In this document: piece after piece, positions 50,160 through 62,925 of the stretch
Position numbering within the stretch: position 1 is the stretch's first letter
Layout of the letters: every line of letters starts with the position of its first letter
NCBI GenBank assembly: GCA_051313645.2
Contig: JBNRSN020000007.1
Coordinates: forward strand, 3,224,001-3,288,000
DNA from: Centroscyllium fabricii
Taxonomy: Eukaryota
Length of the DNA stretch: 64,000 bases
Reading direction: 5' to 3'
Notes under the pieces: generated by a model
What the model was told of the DNA's origin: nothing
Databases searched by the model: none
The model's input: the letters and a program-made list of their open reading frames with translations, nothing else
Position numbers and translations under genes: made by a program

Positions 50160-52222
50160 GGCTGATCTTTCATGTTCAGTACCCCGTCCCCGCCTTCTCT
50201 CCGTAACCCTTAATCCCTTTAGCCTGAAGAAATGTATCCAATTCCCTCTTAAATATATTTAATGAACTGGCCTCCACTGCCCTCTGTGGCAAGGAATTCC
50301 ACAGGCTCACCACTCTCTGGGTGAAGAAATTCTTCCTCATATCTGTCCTAAATGGTTTACCCCTTATCCTTAGACTGTGGCCCCTGGTTCTGGACTCCCC
50401 CGCCATTGGAAACATTCTTTCTGAATCTAACCTGTCCAGGCCTGTCAGAATTTTATATGTTTCGATGAGATCCCCTCTCAATCTTCTAAACTCCAGCGAG
50501 TACAAGCCCAAACTACACAATCTCTCCTCGTAGGTCATTCCTGCCATTCCAGGTATCATCCTGGTGAATCGCCGCTGCACTCCTTCCATGGCAAGAACAT
50601 CCTTCCTCAGATGAGGCGACCAAAACTGTACACAATACTCAAGGTGTGGTCTCACTAGTGCCTTGTACAGCTGTAGTAAGGTATCCTTATTCCTATACTC
50701 GAACCCTCTTGATATGAAGGCCAACATACCATTTGCCTTCTTAACCGCCTGTTACACCTGCATGCTCGCCCTCAGTGACTGGTGCACAAGAACACCCAGG
50801 TCTCTCTGGACTTCCCCATCTCCCAATCTATTGCCATTTAAATAATAATCTGCCCTCCTGTTTTTGCCCCCAAAGTGGATAATCTCACATTTATCCACAT
50901 TATAGTGCATTTGCCATGTATCTGCCCATTCCAACTTGTCCAAATCGCACTGGAGCTTCCCGACATCCTCTTCAGAGCCGACCCCCCCTTCTAGTTTAGT
51001 GTCGTCTGCAAATTTGGAGATGTTGCATACAATTCCCTGGTCCAGATCATTAATATATATTGTGAACAGCTGGGGTCCCAGGACAGATCCCTGCGGCACC
51101 CCACTAGTCACCGCCTGCCACTCAGAAAACGAGCCGTTTATTCCAACTCTCTGTTTTCTATCTGCCAGCCAGTTCTCTATCCACGTCAATACTTTGCCCC
51201 CAATCCCATGAGCCTTCATTTTGCATGCTAATCTTTTATGTGGGACCTTATCGAAGGCTTTCTGGAAGTCAAGGTACATCACATCTACTGGCTGGTGCAC
51301 AAGAACACCCAGGTCTCTCTGGACTTCCCCATCTCCCAATCTATTGCCATTTAAATAGATTTAAATACCAGTTACTTCCTCAAAGAATTCCAATAGATTA
51401 GTCAAGCACGATTTACCTTTTGTAAATCCATGTTGACTCTGTCCGATCCCGTCCCTATTTGTCAAGTGCTCCGCTATTACATCCTTAATAATGGACTCTA
51501 GCATTTTGCCCACTACTGATGTAAGGCTTACTGGTCTATAATTCCCTGCTTTTTCTCTACCCCCCTTTTTAAATAGTGGGGTAACATTAGCTACCCTCCA
51601 ATCAATGGGCACTGTTCCCGAGTCTATCGAGTTCTTGAAAATGATCCTTAAAGCATCTACTATCTCCAGCGCCACCTCCTTAAGTAGCCTAGGATGTAGA
51701 TTATCAGGCCCTGGGGATTTGTCAGCCTTCAATCCCTTCAACTTCCCCAACACCATATCCCTGCAAATACTGATTTCGGTCAGCTCCTCCCTTGCATTAG
51801 TCCCTATGTTTCCCGATATCCCAGGGAGGTTATTTGTGTCCTCCTTTGTGAAGACAGAACCAAAATATGAATTTAATTGGTCTGCCATTTCCTTATTCCC
51901 CATTATATATTCCCCTGAATCGGACCGCAAGGGACCGACTTGGGATTTTACCAATCTTTTCCTCCTGCTATACCTATAAAAGCTTTTGCAGTCGGTTTTT
52001 ATGTTTGCCGCAAGCTTACTTTCGTAATCTATTTCCCCCCCATCTGATTAATCCCTTTGTCCTCCTTTGCTGTATCCTGAACTGCTCCGAATCATCAGGT
52101 CTGGTGCTTTTTTTGGCCAATTGATATGTCCTTTTTTTGGATTTTATGTTGTCCCTAATTTCCCTGGTTATCCACGGTTGAGTCACCTTTTTAGGTTTAT
52201 TTTTATGCCAAACCGGTATAAA
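50160..52222 (-). mobile_element. 5'-truncated CR1 LINE (3' tail piece at 50060-50150)
   Basis: Minus-strand ORFs 50176-50727, 50752-51339 and 51361-51954 carry RT motifs. Confidence 0.93.
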
Positions 52223-53149
52223 CAAAAGGGAGCATTCACCATCAGCCGTGCAAAGTGTATTACACCAACAGGATTTCAGTTTTCATGTTCGGTTGGATTC
52301 TGTAAGTGATCAGACACTTTAATACCCCTCATGTTGATAAGGTAGTATTTTCATTTCTCTGCAAAAGGGCTGGGGAGCCATGATGAAAATCCTCGAGAGA
52401 CTGGGACATTGTAAACCCAAGAAGACAGTATATTGTTGATCAGTTATAAAGTCGTACAGAAATCAAAAGGAGTAAATACGGTATTTAAAACTGGCGGTTT
52501 TACAGTATTTCAACTGCAAAACCGACTTTTTAGCTGCTTTCAAAAGGAAACTAAACAAGCACGAGAGAAGGGATTAGAAAGAGATGCTGAACGGCTGAGG
52601 TCGATGGTGAGGAGAATAAACAGCAGCACAGACTCATTGGGCCGAATGGTCCATTTCTGTGCTGTATATTCTGTGCTGTATATTCTATGTTCTTCTATGA
52701 TTTTAGCAGAGTTTTGTCATTTTTAATAGCAAGAGTCAGTCATTAGTTTTCTCTAGACCCATCAATAAAGCTCCCCCTACCCCGTGCTTCCCTTCACCTG
52801 AACCGTCACTGCAGGAATGGTCAATACCATCATCAAAGGGCCATGAGCACGGCCTCAACCGTGATATTGGATTTATGTCGCGCTACATGTGACCCCGCCT
52901 GACGTAGAGTCACCCAGACTCGAATCATCTTTGGCTTGTTCTGCGATTTTCAGTAACAAAAATCCTTGTTTTTAAAAATCATTCTGTGGGATTTTCACGG
53001 ACAGCAGACTGTAACATTTGACCCTTTGTGACTACACCTTTTGATCTCAGGCTGACTGATATGTTGGAACACCTTTGACTGCTTGATGTCCCTCAGCTGA
53101 GGTGTGATGTGATGTGAAACAGCTGGAGAGACCACATTGTTCTCTCTCT

Positions 53150-53312
53150 CTCTATATATGCTATGTTTAAATGAATCTCGACACTTCACCTGACGAAGGA
53201 GCAGCACTCCGAAAGCTTGTGATTTCAAATAAAACTGTTGGACTTTCACCTGGTGTTGTGTGACTTCTTGCATTTGTCCACCCCAGCCCAACACCGGCAC
53301 CTCCACATCATC
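53150..53312 (+). mobile_element. Penelope-like pseudo-LTR/3' remnant
   Basis: CTGACGAAGGAGCAGCACTCCGAAAGCTTG, AATAAA, CTGGTGTTGTGTGACTT...CCAACACCGGCACCTCCACATCAT: the usual vertebrate Penelope end. Confidence 0.75.
53186..53222 (+). ncRNA. Minimal type I hammerhead ribozyme motif
   Basis: Stem I TCAC/GTGA, core CTGACGA, stem II GGAG-CAGCA-CTCC, GAAA, palindromic AAGCTT in place of stem III. Confidence 0.72.
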
Positions 53313-54440
53313 AAAGGGGGCAGTGAGATACACTGGTTTGGTTAGAATTTCTCAACATTTAGCTCAATGAGATCAAGAAGAGTGAGTCAGTCCGAACTGA
53401 TATTTCTATAAGTGCAACACCCAAATCAGAGTCCCTCACCTCGTTATTTGCTACAGAATTGCAATCCAAAATAAATTGTATACTAAAATAGCCAAAAAGC
53501 CACAGCTTATAAATGATAATAGGATATTTGACCAAATAATTTTGAATACAGAGTACCGTAGCTTTAAAAGCAATGAGATTATCCCAAGATGATTTCTAAA
53601 GAAAAGTTAGTGGTTGATGAATATGAAATCGGATGCAGTGAAGCACTTTTAAAGCCATCTCGGAAAATATTCTCCAGCTGTGAGGTTGTGTAAATCGGAA
53701 ACGCTCACGAGACGAGACAGCTCTACAGAGCAGCAGCAAGGAGACAAACCCTTGGACCATTTTGCTGAAATTATCAGAGCTGCACCGACCATTCTGTGAT
53801 TCAAGACCACACTCAGCACTGCTCAGGAAATTCATCTCATTTCAGGATATGGGACAGCGCATGTGACGGAGGGTGGGGTATCACCTTTTCCCTCTTAGAG
53901 TTTTCGCCAAGATACAATAGTCAATGTCACAGCAGTTGGTATTTTCAGAAAATGGTCAGCGGTTATATTGGGACTGATTTATACTCATGGAGATTAAGGT
54001 AGTAGACCCATCATTACTGACTTACACAGCCTGTCGCAGTACCGGTTGGGGAAACAATTTTGGGGATTTACCCCCTTCTAAAACATCTGCAGAATGACTC
54101 CATTCAGTGCCCACCTTCGACGGGCTCATCCACTTACATCAACCCAATCAGGAGACCAACCTGCGAGTGAGGCATGACAAGATGCAAGTCCTTAATGGTG
54201 GGCCATTCAACCCAAGCAATCAAATCAGTCATTTGCAATCACTTATTCTGATTGAAGTAGTCACCCTAGTTTTAAGAGGTTACAGTTTACCATCCTTTAT
54301 CGCTGCAGCCACCGCGGTGTAACGGCACACACTCCAAATACAGGATGGCCATCTGCTGAAGATCAACACAATTCTTTGAAGTAAAACTATGAAACAACTG
54401 GCACGTCAGCACTCGTGTTATCCAGGAACAACCCACTTAC

Positions 54441-54551
54441 TTCTGGTGGGAGAGTTTAGGAGTGCAGTCGAGGATGAAGACAGACGCTTGCTCAGCACTG
54501 GCTCCAAGTGTTTCATCAGGTTGGCGGTGGATGTAGAACACTTGTCTACAG
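54441..54551 (-). CDS. MAP7D3: Coding exon: (A)VDKCSTSTANLMKHLEPVLSKRLSSSSTALLNSPTR
   Basis: Tandem acceptors ctgcag/ctgtag (exon starts at 54551 or 54545), donor gtaagt; STxNL and KRLSSSS motifs are conserved in the MAP7 family; phase 1 to 1. Confidence 0.9.
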
Positions 54552-55841
54552 CTGCAGAAAGAAAACGCAATTCGGTGTCACTGAGACAAGAGTCCAGAGA
54601 CTGCTTATGGAACTGTTTTAAACACTCATTTATGCCATGCATATTTTAAATGTATTTTATCCTGAAAGCACACACTGGATGAGCAAACTTTCATCAGTTT
54701 AATTTCTCCATGAACAAATTGAGTTGTATTGGAAAAAGACATGAATGTTCGTAGCTTGGGTCTGAAGTTGCAATTTGAAAACCTTCCAATCAGACGACAA
54801 AATGGATTGGAAAATAAGACTTCCAACTAAATTTTTAAAAGAAACCCCCATTACAATTTCCCTACAATGGCTACAGTTAATATTCCCACTTGCCTCAAAC
54901 CTGTTTAACATGACATCCCGCTTACTTCGACAACAGTGAAGTCCCAGTGTGGTGGTGAATTTTGTGTTCAAGGTGTGTTGGGCAGTGGAGCAGGCGTAAC
55001 GTGCAGTGCCTGCAATAGGATCTCGCCGATTACAGCGCGCTCCCATTCTAGGGCCACGCCGCCTTAAGTGCAACCAGACTCCAAAAAGGGCAATTCTCAT
55101 TGTCCTAACCACCTCTGGCTTAGACTGGTCCAAACACTGCTCAGTCTTGTGAACTGGGTTGGGGAATGCCCACTCATTTTACCAAGAAATCGGACTGAGG
55201 GGAAGGCATTGCATTGGAGTTTGGCTTGGATTCAGAACAGGGTCCGAGGTGGGAGTGCCCTAACACACCGCACTCCTCAATCCACTGTAAGACATCACCA
55301 TATTTGATTCTTTAAAAAGTCCGACAGAAAGCTAAATATATTGGTGTATTGTGGCTGGAAGCTGCACAGTTCCAGGTACTTCGCTCACTAGTGTCCAGTG
55401 CAATAAACATCAAGATGAGCAAGAAAACATTCTGTGCCACTAAAAGGGAAAGATGAGATTTATGCAGCTCCAAAGATTGTGGGGAAAGATTCAACTTATA
55501 AATGCACAGCAATGTAGTTTGACCTTTCGGCTAACTTAAAAAGTCCCCAAGCCGCTATCCAGCACATTTTAAAAACTATTAGATCAGACAGGTGCGAATA
55601 TAACTCAATGCTTTCAAGATAAAATATGACTTTGCAATCGCTGTTCTTACCAACCAGGTGCATGCATCCATGCCCAATATTTGCAGGGATTAAAGCAAGT
55701 GTTACATGCTGGTCGTGCCTGAGGTTAGTTTCCCTTTTAGATCCAGCTTAAAAATGTTAGTTTGCAACATTAATTAATACATTAAAGATCAATATAATTA
55801 TTCAGCAAACAGGTATCATAGCTCCAAACTTTTTCTGATAC

Positions 55842-55934
55842 CAGAAGCATCTTCAGTGGAAGTCTGCGAGTCTGAGGAAGGAGGGGGACAATCAGACAAA
55901 CTGAAAGGTGGAGTTAAGGAATTTTCAGGCACAC
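55842..55934 (-). CDS. MAP7D3: Putative cassette exon: (G)VPENSLTPPFSLSDCPPPSSDSQTSTEDAS
   Basis: Pyrimidine tract plus tttag acceptor; weak donor TCTG|gtatca; 93 nt, symmetric phase 1, open in frame; no diagnostic motif. Confidence 0.6.
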
Positions 55935-57361
55935 CTAAACAAAAGAGAAATCATAATTTAACCAAAAAAATATAGACAAATATCAGTGACAGTAAAAACC
56001 TGTTACGAGGTGATTAATGATGGGAGGAACTGAGCAAGTGGAAGGAGGTCATTTCAAATAATCGAAAATAAATGCTTATAAAAGAAAAGTCGAGACGAGG
56101 TGAGAAGGTGGTCGTGTGCACCCCGGCCCGAGCTTCAATCTCCATTTCCCCTCAATCCCACATCATCTCACTTCTGCAACACTGCTCGCCTCCACTGAAC
56201 CCTTACACTTGCACTCCGCACCTCCAGCTCTTTGTCATGGCCTCCCCCTACAGAAACCAACCCATCAAACGCCACTGTACACATGTTCTGTTGCATGTTA
56301 CAGAAGCTACATTAAGCAAGTTGTGCTGCGGTTCCATCGTGTAACTAGGAACTCCATGTCTGCTGGAACAGACAGCAGCACAAACATGCCCCAGCAGCTC
56401 AGACCCTCTAGGTCCCTTTTGTGGCTGGTACAAGCTGGAGTCAAAGACAGTTATATGTTCAGTTCTGACCTTCTGGTAGATAAATCTCTAATCTTAGTTG
56501 CTTTTACCCTTTTGCTCAGATGTAGTTCGACAGGCAGCTTATGAGACAAGGCGGTGGCATCACTGGAACGCTGAGCTAATGTAACCCACAGGTAAAGATC
56601 ACAGGAGGTCTATGATGGAACGGCCTGGTGCGGAGGGTATAATGACCAGAATATTGCAACGGAGAGTTAAGGAAGATCAAGGGTTGGCCACCCCGCTACT
56701 GAGCTCAGCAACTGTAACGCGAGATTCTCCGCAGCCTTCTCATCGCCACGTCTGTTGTCTGAGTATCATTTCCTCAAATAAATCTATAAGCGAAAGATTC
56801 TGTACCTAGACCTCTCATTCCTAGCACAGGGAAGCCTCCAACTTGTCTCTCTAGCATTTCCAACACTGCAAGCCCATCAGGCCCCTCAATGCACTAAATT
56901 CCAAACCTTGTCCTGGTTTACAGCAGCCCCCCCACAACCCTATCCCTCCAACCCACTCCAGCCCCATGTCCCAGCTTGTGACCTCTGCTCTTCAGACACC
57001 TGTGCATCTGCCCCTTCCCTCACTCTGCTTCATTACTGGTGGCAGTGCCTTCAGGCCGACACGCGCCCCCCCCCCCCCCCCCCCTCCCGCCCAAACTCCT
57101 CGGATTGCTTATTTCTCCAATATCTGTAAAAGGTTCCTCACAACCTAAGTTGTCAGTCAAGTCGTTGGTCACCAGCCCGACATTCCCCCCACTCCTGTTC
57201 AGTGACAAACTCTCGCTCCTCTGTGCAGCACTGAGGGCCATTTACTATGTTAAAAGCCCTACACAGATGCAAATGGTTATTGCTGAATGAACATTGACGA
57301 GTAAAAAAATCTTTCCAAATACATACTAAAAATATCGCCTGATTGGCATTATGATTGGCAA

Positions 57362-57995
57362 CTGTGTGCAGCAGGCGGTTAAGAAGGTAAATGGTATGTT
57401 GGCCTTCATAGCGAGAAGGTTTGAGTACTGGAACAAGGATGTCTTGCTGCAGCTGTACAGGGCCTTGGTGAGACCACATCTTGAGTAGTGTGTGCAGTTT
57501 TGGTCGCCTTATCTGAGGAAGGATGTTCTTGCCATGGAGGGAGTGCAGTGAAGGTTCACCAGGCTGATTCCTGGGATGGCAGGAATGACATGAGGAGAGA
57601 TCGGGTCGATTGGGCTTATACGCGCTAAAGTTTAGAAAAATTCTAACAAAACTAGACAGACTCGATGCAGGAAGGATGTTCCCGATGGTCGGGGAGTCCA
57701 GAGCCAAGGGTCACAGGAGTAAGCCATTTAGGACAGAGATGAGGAGGAATTTCTTCACCCAGAGAGTGGTGAACCTGTGGAATTCTCTACCGCAGAAGGC
57801 AGTAGAGGCTAATTCATTAAATATATTCAAGGAGGAGCTGGATGTATTTCTTAAGGCTAAAGGGATCAAGGGATATGAGGAGAGGGCAGGGACAGGGTAC
57901 TGAGTTTGGATGATCAGCCATGATCTCATTGAATGGCGGAGCAGGCTCGAGGGGCCGAATCGCCGACTCCTGCTCCTATCTTCTATATTTCTATG
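57362..57995 (+). mobile_element. CR1 3' fragment
   Basis: QQAVKKVNGMLAFIA...FFTQRVVNLWNSLP plus 3' UTR. Confidence 0.9.
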
Positions 57996-58572
57996 ATTCC
58001 CAGAAATCTTATTTTTGTTTGCCTAAACAATTTGGCAGCATAAAGCAAGGGTACATGACAGCATGCTGGAAAGTGGGTCAGGTGGGCCTCAATTAATAGT
58101 GTTTAAGATCCAAATTATTCCACATATCATCAACATTGTACCTATTGGTTTAACAAGCTCTGATGTTGAGGCCCTGCAAATCATACTGCCCAAATCAGAG
58201 GTGAACCAATTACTCAGCTCCATTATATAAAATACATTATTTGGCTTTCTACTGGGTGCAACTTGCAGAGACCATCAAGGAACGTGACAGCAAGTCTTAC
58301 AACAGAAGCACTGTTCCAAGAGTCTCGTGCAGAAGTGGGAATCCCACCATCGGTTCACAAGATAAAAACATTCCAGGGGGCTTTGCAAGGGGTGACAAAG
58401 CAGACAGCAAGCAGTGTCAGTGGGAGAGGGTGGGGGTAGATGACCGCTGGGTGTGGGCTACAGAACACAGATTTCCAAAACAAGTTGGGGCAAGGCCATA
58501 GTGGGATTTTCAAAGGAGAATGATGACCCTGGAGTCAATTTGGTAGGGAACAGGACATCAGGAGCAGGACTC

Positions 58573-58956
58573 GGGCGGTGGCATAGTGGTTAGCACTGTT
58601 GCCTTACAGGGTTCAAATCCAGCCTCGGGTACTATCTGTGTGGAGTTTATACATTCTCCCCGTGTCTGCGTGGGTTTCCTCCAGGTGCTCCGGTTTCCTC
58701 CCACAGGCCAAAGATGCGCGGGTTAGGTTGATTGGCCAGGATAAATTGGCCCTTAGTGTTAGGGGGATTGAATATGTGGGGTTACGGGGATAGGGTGGGA
58801 TATGTGTCGGTGCAGGCTCGATAGGGATCGAGGGATATGGGGAGAGGGCAGGGACAGGGTACTGGGTTTGGATGATCAGCCATGATCTCATTGAATGGCG
58901 GAGCAGGCTCAAAGGGCCGAATGGCCTACTCCTGCTCCTATCTTCTATGTTTCTAT
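58573..58956 (+). mobile_element. HE1-like V-SINE
   Basis: Same family as 421-821. Confidence 0.9.
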
Positions 58957-59655
58957 ATTAGCTCGCATTTGTAAAGGGTAAAAGTGGGAAGGATTCAATC
59001 AGCAGTAAAGGGACGGGAGCTGTAAGAAGGCAGTCGAGGTTACAGACCACGAAGCTCAGTTTGAGTGGGAAGCCAGGAAGGGCGATGGAGTCAATCCCAG
59101 AGTTACACAGGTGCTGTTGAAAACGGAACAGAACAGAGCCCGTTTTGCTCATCACATTCGGACGCTACAGTAACAGCCCCGGGGCAGGTGGTGGCTGCAG
59201 AAGAGTAGAGTTGGGGGGTCATCGCCGAACGTTGTGGATGTTCTTGAAGGGTAGTTTGATGAAGAATAGGGGCAGGGCAAAGGATGAAGTCACAGAGACA
59301 ACAATGCAGGAACAGGATGAAGATTATTTGCATCCTTATCAAGTACTTTGAATGCACAAAAAAAAAATCCGAATTGTTTTGTGCAACTGGCACCTAGTCA
59401 GGGAACAACTAATGCAAATCTTAATAACGGGGAGGATTATGCTTCACTTCTGGTCTTCATAAGGTGATAAAACATCAGGATATATTGCTAATTCTTAACA
59501 AATTAAATAGTTGTGAAAGTTTTCCCTTTCATTAGCTCCAAGTTCTCCTCCAACAGGGAATTCCCCATCACATATCTTCCTCCCACTGGGAAAGAAAGAT
59601 TTTCCTGTGACTGGTTGGATTGAGGGATGTTCGCGTGGGATAAACCAGCTGCCAG

Positions 59656-59657
59656 CG

Positions 59658-59693
<36 letters not shown>
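59656..59693. repeat. (CTCG)n/(CT)n microsatellite
   Basis: gcgcgctcgctcgctc followed by a CT run. Confidence 0.9.
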
Positions 59694-59910
59694 ATTGTCT
59701 ACTGTGGCTGCATTTCAGCTGAGAACAGGCAAAACTCGTCCAATAAAGACAAGTGTATCTGAGTGATGCACACCACGTGACTCAAATTCACAAGTTTCTG
59801 GTTACAAATCAAATATTCTACCAGACCACCACAACTATGAAGTTATTAGCACATCTGAGAGAGATAGCGAGACAGCATTTCCCCAGGGAGTGTCTGCAAG
59901 TGGCACTTAC

Positions 59911-60025
59911 CATTTGAGCTTTCCTTCTCAGTTGATAAAGCTCCTCCCCAGGACCATCTTTTTTGCCTTTGCTCCAAGCGCTGGCTCCGTTCGAAGGTGC
60001 GTCGCATCACGGCCTCGTAGTGCTC
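59911..60025 (-). CDS. MAP7D3: MAP7-family (MAP7D3-like) coding exon, end of N-terminal coiled coil: EHYEAVMRRTFERSQRLEQRQKRWSWGGALSTEKESSN
   Basis: Acceptor ctggtag, donor AATG|gtaagt; 115 nt, phase 0 to 1; the RWSWGG motif is typical of MAP7 proteins. Confidence 0.9.
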
Positions 60026-60282
60026 CTACCAGTTTCAAAAATAGGGAAACAGGATTAAAGGTGCGTTAGCCAAGAAGTTGCGCGTTTTTTCTTGCAATTA
60101 TTTGAAGTTATTTTGATAGCAATTCACTCGTATCCAGAACTGTCTGGAAGCCCGAAGTTTTCAAATTGAAGACTTCGAGGTCTGCCGGCTTACAGTTGCT
60201 CGGAACACTGTGCATCACAAGCACTGTGATCAATTCTGCATCTCCTGATTTTCTAGCATGTTCTTTCTGTTGCTGTGTACTA

Positions 60283-60621
60283 CAGGAAACTCTTTGGTAT
60301 CCAGCACCGACGTGTTGCTGGTTTATCAAAATTTCCGGATAACGGAGAGGGTCATCTATCGAGGCTATTTTTAGCAAAGACAAATAAAAAAATCAATAAA
60401 TGTGCAGAATACAGTAATTGGGTACTCACCTACAGAATGTTGTGTTAAATGGATGTGGATTGTGGCAGTTTGGAGAACTACCCCAATGATTAACTCGGCC
60501 ACCACAGGAGACTCCGACTCAGCAACACTGCTGGTTATTGAGGGGGTGTTTTCGGATGAGAATTTTGGCGGTTAATAGAGAATTACGGATATTTAGGTGC
60601 CGGTTAAACAAAAGTTTCCTG
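60283..60621. mobile_element. Tc1/mariner-type (Tigger-like) MITE, short copy
   Basis: TA|CAGGAAACT...AGTTTCCTG|TA. Confidence 0.8.
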
Positions 60622-61365
60622 TAATTTATAAAGTTACTGTAATATGAGGGCTGCTTTACTTTGCAAGATAGGACAGGCTGGGCCCAGGAGGCATCGATAT
60701 TTGCAGGACCCCCTCCCCCCACACAGGAACCACCGAGGGAATGTTTATACTCAGTGCCATCATTAAACCAGGCAAATTGTAAACTCGCAATAGCACACAA
60801 TGGATTTGGGAAAGCAGAAGCGACATACATCTCTTGTACAAATGGATCATCCCCTTCCCCTTACAAAAGCTGTACTGCTGCTGGATGGTATGTGCGAGAG
60901 GTTCAGTATTTACAGCGTGGGCACTGTAAACTCCATCTTGTTTTTTAAATCCCGTTGTCTGGCTTTGAAAGTTATGCTTTCTTTGTGTGGGTGCACCAAA
61001 ATTTATTTATCTAAATGAAAGCTCAAAATGTTGAGACAGCTTTAAAAATTTAGAATCTACACCAAGATCAGAAATTAGAAACAAAATTCTAATCGATCCT
61101 GAAGTAAAACTCATCACAAACATCAATCAAAACACCTTCTGTGCAATTCAGAGATTTTAAAAATCCATCCAAGATGGAAGAAAGCCTGATTAATTGTAGC
61201 GGCTCCAGCCGAGTCTCTGATTACCGGGACTGGGATGTAATCATGCTCCAAGAGGAAACCACCAACTTCTTCTGGTGCAGTCTGGTTGGTTGGAGTGTTA
61301 ATGGCATATTTTGAGCTGGAATCATGCTGAGACTTTGTCATTACTTATTTACAGACAATCATTTA

Positions 61366-62295
61366 CAGAAAACTCTCGTTTAAACGGCACCTAACTATCC
61401 GTAATTCTCTATTAACCGGCAAAATTCTTGCTCTGAAAACCACCTCAATAACCGGCAATGTTGCCGAGTCCGAGTCTCCCGTGGTGGCCGAGTTAGTCAG
61501 TGGGGGTAGTTCTCTAAACTGCCACTACTCGGCTTTTTGGCCGCTGTCGGGAGTCGGAACACCTCAATCCCCCTGTAACCGGAGTCTGGCTCTCCCGCGC
61601 TGCCGGTCGTCTCTTCTGATCCGCCATTTTACAGGGGCACTGTGTGTCTCCCACGCTGCCGGTAAACATTGCATTGCATTACCCTCAACTGGCAGTACTG
61701 TACTTAAATCAAGCATCTTCCACCATCCATTTAACACAACATTCTGTAGGTGAGTACCCAATTACTGTATACTGCACATTTCTTGATTTTTTATTTTTCT
61801 TTGTTAAAAATAGCCTCGGTAGATAACCCTCTCAGTCATCCGGAATTTTTGATAAACCGGCAACACGCTGGTCCCGGATACCAGAGAGTTTTAGGGGCGG
61901 CACGGTGGCTAGCACTGTTGCCTTACAGCACTAGAGACCCGGGTTCAAATCCAGCCTCAGGTACTATCTGTGTGGAGTTTGCACATTCTCCCCGTGTCTG
62001 CGTGGGTTTCCTCCGGGTGCTCCGGTTTCCTCCCACAATCCAAAGATGTGCGGGTTAGGTTGATTGGCCAGGATAAATTGACCCTTAGTGTTAGGGGGAT
62101 TGAATATGTGGGGTTACGGGGATAGGGTGGGATATGTGTCGGTGCAGGCTCGATAGGGATCGAGGGATATGGGGACAAGGCAGGGACAGGGTACTGGGTT
62201 TGGATGATCAGCCATGATCTCATTGAATGGCGGAGCAGGCTCGAAGGGCTGAATGGCCTACTCCTGCTCCTATCTTCTATGTTCTATGTTTCCTG
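61366..62295. mobile_element. Second, longer copy of the same MITE in opposite orientation, with a SINE in its TIR
   Basis: TA|CAGAAAACTCTC...GAGAGTTT[SINE]TCCTG|TA; 61366-61525 and 61720-61891 are reverse complements of parts of 60283-60621. Confidence 0.8.
61893..62290 (+). mobile_element. HE1-like V-SINE
   Basis: Same family as 421-821. Confidence 0.9.
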
Positions 62296-62400
62296 TACTT
62301 GGGCAGGGGTTGACCCTTGGCAATCATCAGTTTGCATTGGTCCACACTCCAATCTGGATCGTTTGAGCAGATCACAGGCGACATCACAGCTGCCCCCATT

Positions 62401-62925
62401 CATAAGAACGTAAGAATTAGGAGCAGGAGTCGGCCACACGGTCCCCCGAGGCTGCTCCGCCATTCAATGAGATCATGGCTGATCATCCAAACTCAGTACC
62501 CTGTCCCTGCCTTCTCTCCATATCCCTTGATCCCTTGAGCCTTAAGAAATATATCCAACTCCTTCTTGAATATATTTAATGAATTTGCCTCCACTGCCTT
62601 CTGTGGTAGAGAATTCCACAGGTTCACCACTCTCTGGGTGAAGGAATTCCTCCTCATCTCTGTCCTAAATGGTTTACCCCTTATCCTTAGACTGTGACCC
62701 CTGGTTCTGGACTCCCCGACCATCGGGAACATTCTTCCTGCATCTAGTCTGTCCAGTCCTGTTAGAATTTTAAAAGTTTCAATGTGATCCCCTTTCATTC
62801 TTCTAAACTCCAGTGAGTATAAACCCAATCGACTCAATCTCTCCTCATACGTCATTCCTGCCATCCCAGGTATCAGTCTGGTAAATCTTCGCTGAACTCC
62901 TTCAATGGCAAGAACATCCTTCCTC
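62401..62925 (-). mobile_element. CR1 3' fragment
   Basis: Minus-strand ORF 62493-62864 plus 3' UTR. Confidence 0.9.
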
